NCBI GenBank assembly: GCA_964035545.1
Contig: OZ037766.1
Location: forward strand, 6,004,722-6,068,721
From: Bugula neritina
Lineage: Eukaryota; Animalia; Bryozoa
Direction of reading: 5' to 3'
Length of the DNA: 64,000 nucleotides
Of the stretch, positions 39,501 through 50,866 are shown piece after piece. The translations under genes and the position numbers were made by a program. Each line of letters opens with the position of its first letter. Within the stretch, counting starts at the first letter, position 1. The notes below the pieces were generated by a model that saw only the letters and a list, made by a program, of their open reading frames with translations, made no database searches and was not told the origin of the DNA.

Positions 39501-40072
39501 GTGCCACATGCCTATGCAACAGAATGTACAATTATAAGCAAAGCAGTAAATTAGATTGTTAAATCCAGCATTACAACTACAGTTTGCTTATTTGGGCAGC
39601 TTTGTTGGGAAAGAAAATAATTCTACTTCTGTCTTTCTATAAATGAAAAGGTAATAAAACTTTATATTGTATTACAATTTGGTTTGCATAATCAACTATT
39701 GCATAACTTGATACTTACAGAGTATTTTAATGAAACAGGCAATGCCATTTTATATGACTGTATAGGAGCAAGTTTTCTAACTTAAAAGCCAGCAAAGTTT
39801 TAATTGGATGTTTACTTAAACTATCTTGAACTGTTCAATAATAGTATTTAGTTTCAACTTACTAGTTCCACATTATTAATTACTAATGACTTGCATACTG
39901 CACCTAAACCGAATAAAATCTCTAAATGCTTTTTTATTACTCTATGTTATTCTCCTGTACGTGATATCTGTAAATAAGTGAGGAGGTAAATAAATAAGTA
40001 AGTAAGTAAGTAAGTAAGTAACGTACCTTCATCTACGTCTGACCACTGACTGGAGTCATCAGACTCAGACAT
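18537..40072 (-). CDS. AGBL2: Cytosolic carboxypeptidase, CCP2/CCP3 (AGBL2/3)-like M14D tubulin deglutamylase, ~1175 aa, 23 coding exons
   Basis: Exons (minus): 40072-40027, 38891-38738, 38421-38176, 37946-37816, 37407-37215, 36517-36363, 36064-35986, 35676-35414, 35169-35045, 34730-34542, 34090-33935, 33609-33464, 33000-32902, [9.7-kb intron], 23225-23056, 22861-22627, 22070-21956, 21435-21262, 20913-20857, 20665-20516, 20236-20017, 19479-19212, 18873-18798, 18617-18537. Total 3528 nt with consistent phases. Motifs: [76 protein letters not shown]. The catalytic core is certain; the start exon, the C-terminal exons and AGBL2 vs AGBL3 are less so. Confidence 0.88.
22540..22613. repeat. 18/21-bp intronic tandem repeat (ccagactataagcagacg), 4 units
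   Basis: Directly visible, ~13 bp into the intron from the donor at 22626. Confidence 0.85.
23408..23477 (+). mobile_element. Degenerate solo right end of the hAT family seen at 24670-26394
   Basis: cctttgagggccacataaatgtaggctgggggcc..gcctatcggacagccttg aligns with ~26325-26394. Confidence 0.7.
24670..26394 (-). mobile_element. Non-autonomous hAT (Charlie/GTF2IRD2-like) DNA transposon, ~1.7 kb
   Basis: TIRs CAGGGGTGTCCAAC ... GTTGGACAGCCCTG, GGGCC-rich subterminal motifs, a probable degenerate 8-bp TSD (GATTAAA[gt]C / GATTAAAC) and an internal transposase remnant. Confidence 0.85.
25105..25280 (-). pseudogene. Frameshifted remnant of a hAT transposase C-terminal dimerisation region
   Basis: Minus strand across frames: FSQMRYTK / [32 protein letters not shown] / QVFH*. 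This fits the FSxMxxxKxKxRxxLxxxHL..LR..PDI..KQxQxSH pattern of Charlie-type transposases. Confidence 0.75.
29343..29943 (+). pseudogene. KolX-like (P2X7 ballast/nanor-like Cys-rich Zn domain) remnant, 2 exons (29343-29562, 29758-29943)
   Basis: Translation across lesions: EEWCK*..ECCQSC..FVTDHPG..RVLEVTY..|..[34 protein letters not shown]. This matches the WCxC..CC..ITxHPGF..VL..YR..W...L..xRxPLPxC..FP..YxG family pattern. AATAAA at 30033. Confidence 0.75.
30040..30650 (-). pseudogene. Internally deleted Kolobok-type transposase remnant
   Basis: Minus strand 30249-30208 gives [14 protein letters not shown], resembling the VQxxEVxxSxxMEK motif of Kolobok transposases. An upstream exon-like block at ~30645-30522 has a donor in copy 2. 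The rest is disrupted or deleted. Confidence 0.55.
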
Positions 40073-40269
40073 GCTCAAACTGAAGAGGAAGCACAAATGT
40101 CACGCTGATAAATAACTTCTTAAACTTTTAACTGTAACTTGAATATCATTAAGTTATGCAGTTGATTTGATTGGCATTCCTTATAGTGTTCTAAACGCAC
40201 TAAATTTTGTTACAAAAATAACATTGTAACAAGACCCGTACTTGCGGCAGCAATGGCAGCTGTTGTTCT

Positions 40270-40283
40270 ATTGCTATGGGAGT
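40270..40283 (-). promoter_or_regulatory. Candidate RFX X-box near the putative AGBL 5' UTR exon
   Basis: ACTCCCATAGCAAT on the minus strand vs consensus GYTNCCATRGCAAC (12/14); a candidate donor (CAA|GTACGG) lies at 40241. Confidence 0.35.
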
Positions 40284-41697
40284 TGAACACTCTGGTGAAC
40301 ACGTAGTCCCCCTAATCACTAATTCTCAAAAGGCTGATTTAACTCAACTGTAATAGACAATATCCTTATTATAGTTCTATTCATATGCTAAACCATAGCT
40401 CTAATTACTAGACACTTTAGAAATCAACTGACTGATGGCTGAAAAACTAATTGCAGGCAGTGATTAGGTGTTCACAGCGGAAAGATCTGCAGATTACAGT
40501 TTTCAGTAAACTTGTCAATTGTCTGCAGGAAATCACTCGTGACAATGTTTTGGTGTATTCTATAGTTTGTAGACAACCCTTTAAATTTGTATTTAGTCAT
40601 TAATAAATAACTACAATACATTATATAATGCATTTTATTTAAACCTTGTTATAGAGTGTATTATATATCACAAATATGAAATTCATTAGAGTTGCTATAA
40701 TACTTGGAGCGTAATTTACTTTCAACTTTAATCTACTGCTTTCACAGGCAGCTGTATTATAGGTGTATATTGTATTGGAGGTTTTAGATTAACTAAAGCT
40801 TTGGTTTGATTCTCGGCTTTCAAGTATAAAAATTACTGCTGTTCATGGACATGAACTTCTTATACTACAAATATTAACCAATTAAAACTTTGCCTATGTT
40901 TATGAGAAAACTGCAAATAAAGGGATTTTTTATTTCCTTAAAGTACCGCCTATTGCTGCCATACACTGTTATAAGGTTTATTTCTATAGAAGAGCTCATA
41001 GTAGCTGGTGACATTATCTCATAGAATGTCATTGATAGCAGCCAGAAATAATTAATATACTTAAACATCGTAGGCATCCAGGTTATTTCGATAAAATCAA
41101 TTACTGTTAATTAAAAGTTCATACTTTTTTAGTTGCATTCACAAAATATTTAAAAAAAATCTCAACTCAATATACCAGAAAAAATGAATTAAAATATATG
41201 TGTTAATAGCACTGATATTGACGTGACCGTGGCACATGAAAAATCTGAAAGAAGAGTTGTCTTCTATTTTTCTATATTAACGTATAGAGCTTGCCGTGAA
41301 AATACAGATTTTTAAAAAAAAATATTGTGACCCTCTGGTAACTTTTTGAATTTAGAAAATTGGCTCATATATTTCTTTTCATGTGGACAACAGCTCACTT
41401 TTTTTTAAATTTATTTTGAAGCTCTTTTCGTAAAAAATAATCAAAAGTAAAAAATCCAAAATTTTTACAAATTGGTTCGGGGCTTGACGTGAAAGGCGTT
41501 TGGACAAAGATGTCAAGGTCACCATTAATAAATATATTATTTCATCACAATACTGCACGGAAAGTTAATGAAGTGAGCTGAAAATTAGGTTGCTAGCATA
41601 TTGATATACATTATATTGGTTGTTACAGTATTATTTTTTAAATTTGTTTTGTTATCAGTTATGTTTAACTTTTTCATAAAGCTGCTGTTAGACTAAG

Positions 41698-41744
41698 AGT
41701 AAGACATAATATTACCATTACTAATGGTAATATTATGTCTTACT
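41698..41744. repeat. Perfect palindrome, 23-bp arms with a 1-nt loop
   Basis: agtaagacataatattaccatta-c-taatggtaatattatgtcttact. Confidence 0.95.
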
Positions 41745-43010
41745 AGCCCGCATTAGCAACAATGATAATATTAAATTAAAATTATTATTAAATTCACGGT
41801 GAAGTGTCACTATGACTATGATACTCTATAACTATGAGTATGAGTATCGTATAAATTAATTATAATGAGTATGAGTATCACTATGACATTAACTCAATCA
41901 GTGATTGACTATGTCTATTACTATGAATATGACTATGCATAACTCAATGAGAATATCAATATGAATATGGCTTCTAATTCTTGTAACTTTTGACTATGAC
42001 GATGCTGATACTGATAATCACTGCCAGCCCAAGTCTCATACTCATAGTGATACTATTACTATTGTCTATTAGTATTAATAATTAGTATTACTCTTAGTAC
42101 AACTACTAGTATTACTCATAGTTCTGATAATGATGCAGATGATAGTTTTAGAAGTTCTACTTCTACTTTTAATTTTATAGTACGCTAGATTGTATATGTT
42201 GAACTCTACTCATTTTTTACTACTAATGCTAATACTAATAGTAATAGTAATAATGATTATAGTTGTTATAATGATAGTAATACTAATAGTAATAACAACT
42301 ATTTAAATTTGATAATTCATGTTTTACAACAGCATTATCACTTATCAATTACATTGGTTCATAATATGCTTATTTTAATTTTGCTTTGTGTGTTTTGTCA
42401 TGTTGTAAATTTAAGTTTGTATGGTTATTTAATGAACTAGAGAACTAGCCAAATGTTATGTAACAGTTGCAATAATTTACTATAAACTCAGTGAAATTTA
42501 AAACCTAATTGATATTACTATAACATTGATTGTACAGAGGTAGCTAAAATATACATTAAATTACCAATAATTTTAACTCGCCAATACACTATGAGTAGAA
42601 CAATCAAATGCAATGATAGAAAATTAATTAGTCATAGCAGCCCGTTGCTTGAAGAACATCAAGCTACAGGTCTAAAATTATGTAGTTTTGTGATCCATTA
42701 CATAACAAAATAATTTTTTTCAAACTGGTTTAATACTTTTATTATGAACACGCTTATCAAAGTAACATGTTTGTGATGTATATTCTATTAAAAAAGCAAT
42801 CACATCAGGTTTTCAACTTGTATGTTGTACAATGTTTATTATGGTGACAAGTTACTAAATCATATGGTTCAGCTTTGTAAAGTAAAGCTGATAAAATAAA
42901 TACAAGTATGTGATTGTTTTACTACTATATATTAAATTTAAATGAGTTGAATAATATCCTAGTGCAGTGAATTAGATATTTTTTAGCTTTGGTACACCTG
43001 TTTGTTATAG

Positions 43011-43613
43011 GCTAACATTCCACCAATAGAAGAATGGTGCAAGTAGAAGAAATTTCAGGCGCAGAAAGCTAAGGAGCAGTCAGAATGCTGCCAGAGTTGT
43101 GAAGAGGCACTTGAAAAAGCTGAATTTCAATAATGACATGACATTCGTAACATATCACCCTGGTGTATTTGAACTGACATGGCCAGCAGAGTTCTCGAAG
43201 TCACATTCAACAGCTATTTACATCATCATGGTTAGCTTAAATTTAATTCCTATATCAGTCTCTAATATATAGTTTGATATCTGCTGTAAATTCGCTTAAG
43301 GAGCATACACATAACCAAAACTGAGTTACACTATAGTATTTGTTCTTGAATATATTTACCAAGATAAGTAGATTTGCTAATTCATTTTAACAGTAAAATT
43401 ATAATGATACAACAATTTTTCTTTTAGATGATTCAATCAATAACACAAGACACTACAACATGGTTTTGCAGTTATAGAGTATTAATTTTCTGGCTCTTTC
43501 CAAATCTTCATAGAAGGCAAAGAAAACCACCGTCAGCTTGCCTTTATAACTGAGTGCAAGCTTCTTCCACCTACAGATGATGATAAACAATTTGCTGATG
43601 TGGAACTTTCTAA
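43011..43613 (+). pseudogene. KolX-like remnant in Kolobok copy 2
   Basis: Near-identical to 29343-29943. Shares WCK* and CLYN*, and has an extra cag>tag-type change and gat>tat. Confidence 0.75.
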
Positions 43614-43714
43614 TTTTGTTTACAATGAAGATAGATTATAGGACATTATTCTTTATGTAAAGATTGTCAAGTTTTGTTATAATTAAGAACAGTTTTAGTT
43701 TCAATAAATCAGTT

Positions 43715-44320
43715 CAACATTATGGACATCATTGCACAAACATTTTAATCTTTACTATCTACAAAGGTATCTGATGAACTACTTGAAAATACAAAACTAT
43801 GCTCCAGATACACAATGAACTGACCAGCAAAGTTAAAATGAATTGGAGATGTAGAACATAATATCTTGTTCAAGGCTTTTCCCTGCTGTTGGAACCTTCT
43901 TCTTCAGAACACTGAATTGAACAAACATATGTAGATATATAAAACTTTGCAAACAATAATAATGTGAAATTAGTTGCTAAGTATCACATTGCTAATAAAT
44001 ACAGCATTGTGTAATATTTTATTTAATTTTTTTTTGAGCCATTTGATCTATAGGCCCGCATAGTATTTACTATATTATAACTAATAAATTGCAGACACAT
44101 TATGTCAGACCAGTCTCCATTTAAATAGAATAGTGTAGGCTATCAAATTTGTAGAAGTAAAAAACCGCATTCTTATTGAGTAAAATACTTACCTTTTTTT
44201 TCATGATGCCTCTACTGCTAAAAAGAGAAGTTTTTATCAATACAGCTCCATCAATCCGTATCCTGATGAAGCTAGTAGTTTAGGAACATTTGTGGCGGGA
44301 GTGTAGGCTGAGCTGCAGTA
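43715..44320 (-). pseudogene. Transposase remnant in Kolobok copy 2
   Basis: Near-identical to 30040-30650; reads [14 protein letters not shown] at ~43919-43878. Confidence 0.55.
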
Positions 44321-47300
44321 TAGGAAGAACCCCAACATATGTAATCTATTCAGCACATTATATGTATTGTAGAAATTTATTCAAAAAAGAATTTAGAAAA
44401 TGCTTCATGAAGCATGAACAAAATAAAAATTAATGCTGTAATATTATTACACCCATTAGAATTACTAGCAGCTATAGCATTAAAATTATGTATTTTTATA
44501 AAAATGTGTCTAATTTATGCTACAAAGTTATTACTGCCAAAGGTTACAGAATTTACCAGTCACATTCATGCAGCTGATGGAGAATAACTAACCTTCACAT
44601 GCAATAAATACAATTAGTAGCTCTATCTAAAACTAATGCGCTGCTAAATGTTAGGAGTATAAGTTATAGTTATTCTAAGGAATAATTGCAAAAAAAGTTA
44701 CGTAGAGGAATTTAACTCTTATTATATTGTAATTATCTTCCAAGATATATTACAACATCACTACTTGGATACATACAATGTCATATTTATATTGGCATCA
44801 ACATAATTTTCAATAATTTCCAATCTATTAACTTGAGCATTATGATTGTGATTATTTTATAAATAAGGCGATGATTAGGCACTGTTGGTATTTTGGTTCA
44901 ATTTATTTATAGCTGTAACAGGCAGAGTTGTAAATATAATGGATATATCAAAATTCCAATGGGTATAGTACTCTAACACAACATTGATACTAATAATTGT
45001 AGTCACTTACTCTTAGAGTTAGTGAATGATGATACAGTCATAACAATTTGAATATCAATCAGCATTAGAGATAGACTGACTGCTTTATAATATTATAGTT
45101 ATTATGTCAAATTGAATTTATTCACTATAAATAAAAAAATTATGATTATAATTATAAATTAAAATAATTTAAATATTATATAATATATTGATAATTATTG
45201 GAATCATAATTATATTTATTGTTATGATCATTATGATTATAATTATTTAATGTTATCTTTATGTTTGTATTTAAAATTGTTCCTTAAATCTAAAGTTGTT
45301 TAAGTTTTTTTAAATTTATTATAATTATATTACTGTATAAGTATTGCTATTAGTATTAGTATAATTAAATTATTATAATTTATATTTTATTATTTACATT
45401 TATTTTACTTTTTATTTTAAGACCAACAGTTCAAATTAATACTTGTGTCGTTTGCTCTATATTATAACTTACAAGTATAACTATTAACATAATAATATTA
45501 GATTTGCTGTTAGTATTACTATGAATATAAATATTTATGTTAATATAGCTAATGCTATCGGTATAACTTATACTTATAGTTATAACTAATATTACAAGTA
45601 TTAGTTTCGAAACTGATCCTGCTCCGTAACATTAACATACTGATACTGTCATATGATTATCATTATGACTAATAATGGTATTAATAAATATAACCATTGG
45701 ATATTATTAATAATAGTTCACCAATACTAATAGGCGATAGTCATAGACTTAGAGTGAGAGTCATAGACATAGACTAGTGATACTCATACTGATAAGTGAT
45801 AGTGATACTGTGATTCACTGATTCAATTACAAATTTTAAAACTTGTTTTTACGTAGACAACTACTAACCTATAGTTCATCACAAAACGGTTGAAAATCAT
45901 CATTTACTGCATATTTAAGAGTGATTTTCTGGTAGTGTGGTCGACATGATAATTGAAATTAAAATAGGAAAAATAATTATTTTGTGATTTACAGCAAGTT
46001 ACAAACTAGCGAAATGGAATAGTCCATTTGAAAACAGTCAAATTAGTTACCTTTCTTGATGTTGCGTAGCTAACGTTAGTTATTAGTAGCCGCCCGAAGA
46101 GTAACATGCATGTGATTTGAGCTACGAATAACGAGAATCTGTGACAAACCCGCTTCTTAATAACTTTACGCGATATAAACTCACGCTACAATAGGGCTAT
46201 TTTGCCATCCCCACGTCAGAATAGGACACGGAGGGCAAGCTCGCGGGCAAGTCTGGGCAAGTCTAAGACACCTAATATGACCACTTTTACTTGCATTTTT
46301 GTAGTGTTTTCGTATAAGAAATTGGATAAAATGCTGATAAAACAGTTGAAAAGCATGCAAACTTTTGCTCAAATGTCATAAATAACCTGGATGCTTACGG
46401 CCTTTAAGTGAATAGTATGAATTTTTCACATATTATTAGGATATGTTTGCAAACATAATATCAACGTTTCAGTGCTTATGGTTAAAGATTTTTTCATCTT
46501 CACATAATAAATATTGAAATACAATTCCATTCTCACTAGAATATGCTAAAATAACAGTTGCATGCAGTCATCAATAACGCAGCGTTTTTTCTTAATGAAA
46601 ACAAACATTTTATGTAAAAAAATGAAAACACTTATCCCAAAATTTATTTTTATCATTTTTTTTGTTTTTAGGAATTATGTCTACTTATTAAAAACCATAT
46701 AAATATTATCTCTAGTCTCTACTACCCAACAGTTATGTAAGCTCATACTACATTACTGTACACAAATGCTATATCAACATGTATTATAATAATATAAACA
46801 GAGTGGATTTGCAGTTTACATATATTATATCTGATACCAGCTTATTTATTTTTCAATAGTAATTCCATATAGCAACAATTTGCTAAAATGACCTTCAGTG
46901 CAACAGAGAATACAACTCCTGATTGAACTATAGTAATTAAATACCAACAAAATTTAAATTTGAAAAAGTCTATCTGGTTTATGATGTTTGTTGCATGATA
47001 AAAGCAAATTGTTAAACTTTTCTTTCATATAAAATACTGCCCGTCTTCCATACCTATTAGCTACTCGGCAACCTTTCGGGTCATCTGACAGGATTAGGAG
47101 TTGCATTCCTTTTTATATAATATAAACAAACCATTAGCATATACATATACATATATTAGCATATACAGCTTTCACAATTCTAGTAAAGAAATCATGCAGA
47201 TAATACATACTAATGCATATATTTTATTATAAACACAATACTAATGCATATTATTGTTTTGAATTTCCTCAGTATCCTGTGTATTCAATGCTTTAAAGCT

Positions 47301-48197
47301 AAACTGCCCTTTGTTGTTTATGGGACATGCTTTAGCTAATTAATGTGTTTACATTCAAGTGCACGCAGCAATTAATTGAACCAAAGAGCTTCAGGAGATA
47401 ATATAATTTATTTAAATTTCAATTTATAACGCAATTACTTTTTACATTTATAATATTTGTAATATAACTTTGTAATATCTGCAAGATTTGTAATGTAAAA
47501 TTTGTAACTTTTGCAATAATATATATGTACTATTTACAATATAGGCCTATTTGTACTATGCAATTTGTAATAGCTGTAATAGGTATGACGAATTGTTAAA
47601 ATTGTTATAATTGGATTTACTACCAGAAATGCAAAGAAAATAGTTTGGAGTTAGCTCACCTCTACATATTTGCAGTAAACTTGTTGCAACAACATTTTCA
47701 TTACGCTTTAACATCTGTTCATAAAGGAACTTTATTTTTTTAAAAATGCTTGAAAAAATATCATTTGTTGAGATTAAAATAAAAACATTAATTTTACAGT
47801 CTGATAATATCAACTCTATAATATTCCATTGTAGATCATTTTGTACAGAATATAGTTGGAACCTGAATGATATGTTTAATATTTAAAAGGAATATTCATT
47901 ACTATTTGGAAAATCATCGCATCAGACAGTTATAGACAAAATTATAATAAGTTTTTACAGAGAAAAGATTTGGCTGTCAAACTACATAATGCGCTAATAA
48001 TTATATAAGATCTTTATTTATTTAGTTGTAAAAATATTTTAGAAAAAATATTTTGTTGACTATTTTTAAATACTACTTGAAGTTTACCAATAATGCTAAT
48101 TACTAAAATTGCTGACATACTAAAATATGTTTGACAAACTTGTACTGGAAAGAGCAATAAGCAAGTTTTACTTGCAAGTTATATATGAGACCAGAAT

Positions 48198-50866
48198 TCA
48201 GCTATCGTCATGCAATGCAGTTTTAGCTGTTTCTTCTGGTGCTGCCTTAGCATTTTCTAAATTTTCTGCTGTCACCTCTTCTACTACAACAGGTTCTATA
48301 GCTGGTGCAACAGGCTCTCCATCAGCTACTGCAGGCTCTCCATCAGCTATAACTGCAGGCTCTTCATCAGCTACTGCAGGTTCTCCATCAGCTACTGCAG
48401 GTTCTTCGTCAGCTACTGCAGGTTCTTCATCACCTACTGCAGGTTCTTCATCACCTACTGCAGGTTTTTCATCAACTATTTCAGATTCCTTGTCAGCTAC
48501 TGCAGGCTCTATCTCTGGTGCTACAGGTTTTTCATCAGTTACTGTTGCTTCAACATCTGTTGCTACAGTGTTGTCATCTGTTTTTGCAAGTGTTTCATCT
48601 GCTACTCCAGGTTGTATGGCCAATGCTGGTTTTGTTCCTGCTGCTGTTTGTTCTGTATTCACTTTTATTTCTGCTGCTTCAACAGTGTGTTCATCATGTG
48701 TAGCTTCTTCTAATAACCTTCCGGTGTTGGCTTCTAAACAAAAAGTTATTACTTATTTAGCTAAGAATAACTCAGACCCAGTGAACCCTAGATGTTTGAT
48801 TTGTTTGCTTATTTAATAATTGGCATCTAAAGCTTTTATTACATAGCAACAAGCCTATTCTATTTGGGTAAACCTTACACAAACACGTTATATCATAACA
48901 AGTAAGAACGATCAATGTTAAATACGTTCTATATACATATTTGCTCCCCTTTAAAACCGCTTTATTTTAGGTAATAAAACTTTGTCTCAGAATGTATAAC
49001 TTTGATTTTGAAATTAATGTTTGCAAAAGCTAGTTAGTATAATTTAAGTTAAATTAAAATGAAAAAGTAGCTTAATTTCATTATTTGAATATACATACCA
49101 AAGTTATTAAGGAACTTTTGGTGTAAAGAATATGGTTGCTTAACTGTCACGAAAAACATTTTGATTCACATAAGTGTTCCCTAATCTGAGTAAGTTTATA
49201 AAATATAGCTACAAATCTCGTTAGGAATAGAGTCAGTTTTATACACAGCATAAGAGTTGAAAATTGCATTCGTTTTATATACTATCGCCTGCACAATAAT
49301 TCTTTCAGTAGACATGCATATAGGAAAATCATGCCTATATGCCACAACTGTTTATTTATTACTATAATACTAGGAAATACAGTGCTCCTCCGATAGGCTA
49401 TCTCACGTTTACATTCCTCGCAAAATTCCATAGGTCACAAGAAGGGCTTGGATCCCCTTTTGTGGTTTACATATGTCTCTTTATGTACAAAATAGCTAAA
49501 TTTAATGGATCCGTAAGTTTTAAATCTGGTATTCTAATATTATGTTTAATTGAGGTTTCGAACCAGTGGATTAGTCAGATACAGAAGGAGCACTGTACAT
49601 ACATATACTATATAGGGGGAGCACTGTACATACATATACTATAGGGGGAGCACTGTACATACATATACTACAGGGGGGACTGTACATACATGTATTACAG
49701 GGGGAGCACTTTACCTACATATCTTACAGCTTTTTACCTGCAGAGGCTTCTATTTCCTTTGACACTTCTGCTGACTCATATTCCTTCACATTTGCCTCAG
49801 CATCACCTTCGTTGCCGACTTCTATATTTTCTTCATTCTTCTGTTTGTCATTATATTTTAGTTTTGAATCTGCTTTGTTTTCCTCTGGCTGATTTTGAGT
49901 TTCAGTTTTACAGTTCTGTGTTTGTCTTGCTAGACTTTCTTGGCCAACTCTTTTTCCTTCTACATGCATAGATGGATAAGGCTCTCTATTGTTTAGGTCA
50001 CTTAGACCGGGTGCAAAGTGCTGAAAAATAGAGCGAGACAATCTCAGGTTGGCCATTCGTTGATTGGTACGTTTTCCTTTATTTGTTAACTCCATCAAAA
50101 GAGCATACTGATCTTCATCAATGTTATATCGCTCACGCAAATCACACGGAGCACCAGTCACAAAAAATCTTTTATCAACTCTGTGAGTTTGAACATGCGA
50201 GAGCTTTTTCAGTATTCGAGTACGTTCCTTAGCCAGCTGTTCTATGGTAAATCTTTGTGTTTGCGGGCTGTACATTGCTAAAGAAGTGTACCTTCCATCA
50301 TTGACTTTGTTACTATGAAGCTTGTCCAATGATGGCATACTGCCGACATGGGGTTCAAGGGTGCTGATTCTACTTAATGTTGAAGCAGATTTCATGTCGT
50401 GTGGGCTTGAGGGTGGCTGCTTGTGGTACCTGTGTTCTGTCAAGTGAGGTTGTGTAGGTGGATGGGGGGTATTCATTTTTACACGGTTGCCCCGCTCTGT
50501 TGGCAGAGGTGTGATCTCAATAGACTCAGCTATATCTCTAGTTGTACTCCAGTTGGATTCGGCAGTCTTAAGTTTCTGTCTCTCAGATGTCAGCATCTGC
50601 TGCTTTTCTGACGCAAGTTTAGCTGTTTTCAGCCGTATTCCAAGTTTTCTAGCGTGGGCTCCAGCTTTTAGAGTCCGTTGAACTGGTGGCCCATAGTTTG
50701 GTTTTCTGTTTGCAACAATAACTTTGTTATATATATACTCCAGCTCCTTGTACTTGCTTTCTGGCTGTTCAGATCCATCCTCATGGTCACTTTCGTCATT
50801 CCCAAACACCTCAGACAACTGGTTTATTTCTCTCGCCGATTCGCTATGATCCTTTATGACATCCAT
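48198..50866 (-). CDS. Uncharacterised, largely disordered protein (~554 aa) with a basic central region and an acidic PAVADEE-repeat tail; 2 coding exons
   Basis: A 1.1-kb ORF (ATG 50866) ends at a phase-1 donor (GCA G|GTAAAA, 49738) and joins in frame to an acceptor at 48733 (TTTAG|AA), running to the stop at 48198. No recognisable family motif. Confidence 0.75.
48290..48515 (-). repeat. 21-bp coding tandem repeat encoding PAVADEE/PAVGDEE/PAVADGE
   Basis: Unit tcatcagctactgcaggttct on the plus strand; also creates the antisense ORF 48127-48816. Confidence 0.85.
49586..49710. repeat. ~29-bp intronic minisatellite (gggggagcactgtacatacatatactata), ~4 units
   Basis: Directly visible, starting ~27 bp into the intron from the donor at 49737. 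Confidence 0.9.

Larger units (their letters stand above)
41065..46403 (-). mobile_element. Kolobok-type DNA transposon, non-autonomous, copy 2 (~5.34 kb), same orientation as copy 1
   Basis: TTAA at 41061-41064 and 46404-46407. Left end ACATCGTAGGCATCCAGGTTATTT; right end (revcomp) AGGCCGTAAGCATCCAGGTTATTT. Identity to copy 1 stops at the TTAA on both sides. Confidence 0.88.

Noticed and set aside
27462-46407. LTR retrotransposon, KolobokP-type element with long terminal direct repeats, or plain segmental duplication
   Set aside because: The repeats are 5.3 kb with their own TIRs and gene remnants, and the interior is host gene exons rather than gag/pol or transposase. Identity stops at the TTAAs, and the copies differ by scattered substitutions and indels.
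48127-48816. 229-aa Ser/Ala/Thr-rich plus-strand ORF
   Set aside because: It is the antisense shadow of the 21-bp coding repeat; the minus frame is the one that splices in phase to the upstream exon.
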